Source: Nitrospinales bacterium (GTDB lineage: Bacteria > Nitrospinota > Nitrospinia > Nitrospinales > VA-1). Taken from it: a stretch of 64,000 bases of DNA. Of the stretch, positions 61,000-64,000 are shown in pieces. Under the pieces are notes generated by a model that saw nothing but the letters and a program-made list of their open reading frames with translations, was not told the DNA's origin and did no database searches. Numbering within the stretch: the stretch's first letter is position 1; every line of letters begins with the position of its first letter. A program made the position numbers and the translations under genes. The stretch spans positions 1,216,001 through 1,280,000 of the forward strand of contig OZ253496.1 in the NCBI GenBank assembly GCA_965262115.1, given 5' to 3'.

Positions 61000-61923
61000 T
61001 TAGACTTTCTCTTTTTCCAGTTCCGCTTTGAATCCTGCAAACAATTTCTGAATGGGGGGAATGATCTTTTCCTTCAATTCATCGGGCACCCAGTTAATTT
61101 TTTCCACCGGCCAGCTTTCCAAATTATGGATATCGAGACCGGCTTTTGAAAAGGGCCCTTCCAAACTTTCCTCAAAACCATAAATCAACGCGTTTTTAAA
61201 TACCCTCTCATAAAGCTCAACGATTTCCCCTGAATCATGCAAACCTGCCATAAACCGTTCCATCATTTTTGCGATGATCGGGTTGGCGTGTTCCTGAAAA
61301 TCTTCGCTGCAGGCATTTTGCAGAGTACGGTAAATAATAATTATGTCCTGAAGAAGGTATTTGATCTCTTTTGGATCTTTTACGATCGGGCCTTTATCCA
61401 GATCAAAAAATTCTTTATATTCCTTGATGATCCTTGCTGTATCACTGATGATCGACTCCTCCCAAGGCACATGGTTCCAGACGAAGAACACTCTCAGCCA
61501 CCTCACTGTTTCGGTGGCGTCTTCCATGTGTAGAGTCAGGCTGGGCTTGATAGAATTGCTGAAAGGAAGGCGCCCGCCCCACATTTTCAGTTTTAACTGC
61601 AACTGCGGAGAAAACGCCTCTGTGAACACATCACAATAAATTGAGACCAGCCTCTCCAGGTTCTGATGTTTATCCAAGGGGGTGTTTTGCGGAAGGTTAA
61701 CAATGCAATAAAGCCTCCAGATGCGCCTTCTAGACAGGCCGTTGGGCCGGGCAATAAGATAGGTGCCGCCCCAGATTCCTGAAGTGATGGGAATATCAAT
61801 CTGGTGAGCTTCCCGCATTCGCCGGGAAACTTCCGTAGCCACGTTCTGATACAACTCGTTCAAGTGGTACAGGTTGATCAAGTTGTCGTCCGCAAAGACT
61901 GGAGTTTTAATCAATTCTGACAT
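61000..61923 (-). CDS. Hypothetical protein
   Basis: 307-aa ORF from ATG 61923; no motif recognised. Confidence 0.8.
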   Translation of the reverse strand: MSELIKTPVFADDNLINLYHLNELYQNVATEVSRRMREAHQIDIPITSGIWGGTYLIARPNGLSRRRIWRLYCIVNLPQNTPLDKHQNLERLVSIYCDVFTEAFSPQLQLKLKMWGGRLPFSNSIKPSLTLHMEDATETVRWLRVFFVWNHVPWEESIISDTARIIKEYKEFFDLDKGPIVKDPKEIKYLLQDIIIIYRTLQNACSEDFQEHANPIIAKMMERFMAGLHDSGEIVELYERVFKNALIYGFEESLEGPFSKAGLDIHNLESWPVEKINWVPDELKEKIIPPIQKLFAGFKAELEKEKV

Positions 61924-61980
61924 TGTCTTCTTATAAACCTGAAGGTGGAACTCAATGGTGTTTAATACAACCTTAGAGAC

Positions 61981-62023
61981 AAAAAAACAAAAAAATTCCA
62001 CCCCCGAATTGGAGGTGGAATTT
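61981..62023 (-). terminator. Rho-independent terminator after the DUF4399 gene
   Basis: Stem AAATTCCACC...GGTGGAATTT followed by a T-run on the minus strand. Confidence 0.8.
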
Positions 62024-62046
62024 CCCATTAAATCTATTACTCCGAA

Positions 62047-62493
62047 TTAATTTGTACCCACCACGGTAACAGTTACGGAATCCATGACCGGCGGATTATA
62101 AGAAACGTGGTTACCCTGTGCAAAAAGAGCCGTGATGGTGTGCTGGCCCTTGGTCAGGTTGATGGTTTTACATTTAGACCCGTCACCCATGTGAATATGA
62201 GTGTCATCCTTGGCAATCGAAATACTCAAATCCGCAGGAATTTCTTCATCAATGAGCAGGTGATGATGGCCTTTACCGGGATTCACACCATTTTTAGCAG
62301 GTTCTACGGTGTAGCCATTGGTTGCCATACAAACTTGTAACGGACTGCTGACGTTAGACAACGTAGCCGGTTTAGTGATCGATAATGCTTTGCCCGTACT
62401 GGAAGTCGCCGTACTGCCGCCTCCGGTCTGAGCCGCACAACCCGCAAACAAAGCCATCACCAACAATGCCATAACTCTAGAAATGATCTTCAT
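62047..62493 (-). CDS. DUF4399-like lipoprotein
   Basis: Lipobox FAGC; GHHHLLID; HIHMGDG; GQHTITA. Confidence 0.85.
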   Translation of the reverse strand: MKIISRVMALLVMALFAGCAAQTGGGSTATSSTGKALSITKPATLSNVSSPLQVCMATNGYTVEPAKNGVNPGKGHHHLLIDEEIPADLSISIAKDDTHIHMGDGSKCKTINLTKGQHTITALFAQGNHVSYNPPVMDSVTVTVVGTN

Positions 62494-62918
62494 AAATTCC
62501 TATTGAAAAAAATAAAACATTAATGAATATAATACTCTCGAAAAAACCCCAAAAAAAACCGGCCGGATTAAAAATTCGACCGAAAAAATTCCAAATAAAG
62601 TACGTACAAAAAAATATTTTGCCTCAGCCCATCATTCGCCCCAGCCCCTCACACGATGAACTGAATCACAGCTAATCAACAAGTTCAAGTAGGGGTAGAT
62701 TCGTTTATTATGGCGGAAAATATCGATAAAATCAATCGAACCTTTGCAAAAAAAACGTTATTTGAATCCAAAATTCAGCGGTTTATCAAACCAAGCCAGC
62801 GGTTTAAAGGGAAAAATCAGGGACAACCCGGAGAATGAAGGCTATAATTCGTTCCGCCTGATTACAGGTCCGGCTTCCTCCTGAGAGGGCGGTTAAATTT
62901 TTCTACAAATGTTTTACG

Positions 62919-63784
62919 GTGGAGCCAAAAACCTTGAAACGTTTCCAATATCTGCTTATTCCAGTTATCTTTTTGCTTGGGACTATAACACTGACGGTCA
63001 GCCCGGAAACCCCTGAATCCGCAGAGTCTTCTGCCTGGAGAAACCTTGAGAAAGGTTTGGAACTAGGCATTTTCAAGGCTCCGAAAAAATCCGCCTTGGG
63101 CGACTCGTTAATTCGTATTTTAAGAGCGGACACCAACTATTTTTCTTTGCGGCTGTTAAACGCCACGTCCAAGGATCAGGGCAAACGCCGGTCCATGAAA
63201 AACTTGGTCAACAAGAACGGGCTGGTTGCCGCCATAAACGCAAGCATGTACCAAAAGAACATGATGTCCAGTGTTTCTTATATGAAAACCCGGCAACACA
63301 CCAACAGCACCTGGGTTTCCAAGGATAAAACCATCCTCGCTTTCGATCCTACTGATAAAAGCCTGCCCCCGGTGCGAATCATTGATCGGGATTGCGAAGA
63401 TTTTGATAAGCTCAGAAAGTTATATGGCACCTTGATCCAGAGTATTCGCATGGTCTCCTGTCAGGGGGAAAATATGTGGAGACGCAAACAAAAATGTGGA
63501 GCACCGCCGCCATTGGGTTGGATCATCAGGATCGGGTATTGTTCATTCATGTTCGGTCGCCATACACCACCCACGACTTGATCAATATGCTTCTCAAACT
63601 TCCCATCGGCCTGAAACAGGCCATGTATGTTGAAGGCGGGGCCGATGCCCAGTTGTACATCAACACAGGAAAAGAGAAGCACGAATTCATCGGCAGTTAT
63701 TCCAGCGGCTCCAGGGAGCATGACGAAAATACTTTTCCCCACCCGGTCCCGAACGTGCTGGGTCTGGTGCGTCTTGAAAAATAG
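62919..63784 (+). pseudogene. Phosphodiester glycosidase (NAGPA-like) family protein, frameshifted near 63483
   Basis: AAINASMY in the first ORF; WSTAAIG...AMYVEGG...VPNVLG in the second ORF. Confidence 0.75.
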
Positions 63785-63796
63785 AAGAGGTGCAAT

Positions 63797-64000
63797 TTGC
63801 CGGAGAAAAAGAAAAATTCAGTTCGGTCCCGGTTCCGAATAATGGCCGGAGATTTGATCGCTCTGGGACAAGGGAAAGTCGATTTGCTCGAATCGATTGG
63901 CCGGGAAGGGTCCATCTCCCAAGCGGCCCGGGAAAGGCATCTGAGCTACCGGCGTGCCTGGAACATGGTGGACACCATGAACCAGTGCTTCAAGGAACCG
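63797..64000 (+). CDS. modE: ModE-type winged-helix regulator, N-terminal part (runs off the window)
   Basis: TTG start with GAGG RBS; ALGQGKVDLLESIGREGSISQAARERHLSYRRAWNMVDTMN. Confidence 0.85.
   Translation, partial: MPEKKKNSVRSRFRIMAGDLIALGQGKVDLLESIGREGSISQAARERHLSYRRAWNMVDTMNQCFKEP

Noticed and set aside
62500..62900. Riboswitch or ncRNA in the long intergenic region
   Set aside because: Only a weak imperfect hairpin (~62644-62697) and no recognisable family motif.

Overview
64-kb bacterial chromosomal window. Gene content is reminiscent of Nitrospinota or related deltaproteobacteria-like lineages (an inference, not tested). The intact backbone includes dacB, pepF, valS, a RomR-like regulator, an ABC-F ATPase, oppBC-type permeases, leuCD, an aroD-aroE fusion, gcvT-H-PA, lepA-lepB and tRNA-Phe. 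Several accessory, mostly decaying, defence-like loci are interspersed: (i) a PLD/HKD nuclease gene bracketed by 46-bp inverted repeats; (ii) a tightly coupled three-gene operon led by a GHKL/MORC-like ATPase with a single in-frame nonsense codon, which matches no system I can name; (iii) a yhaO-yhaN (SbcCD-like) pair followed by type III R-M mod/res remnants with an intact class-3 lipase gene between them; (iv) a Zn-finger/GIY-YIG/TM gene behind the tRNA. The intergenic DNA holds a layered set of small non-autonomous repeats. One MITE family makes 9-bp duplications and prefers CTTG-N-CAAG hairpins, and one copy disrupts an IS30 transposase. A second family has been absorbed in-frame into the ABC-F protein and supplies gene ends. 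A ~39-nt mini-element inserts precisely, without target duplication, into the other repeats and into itself.
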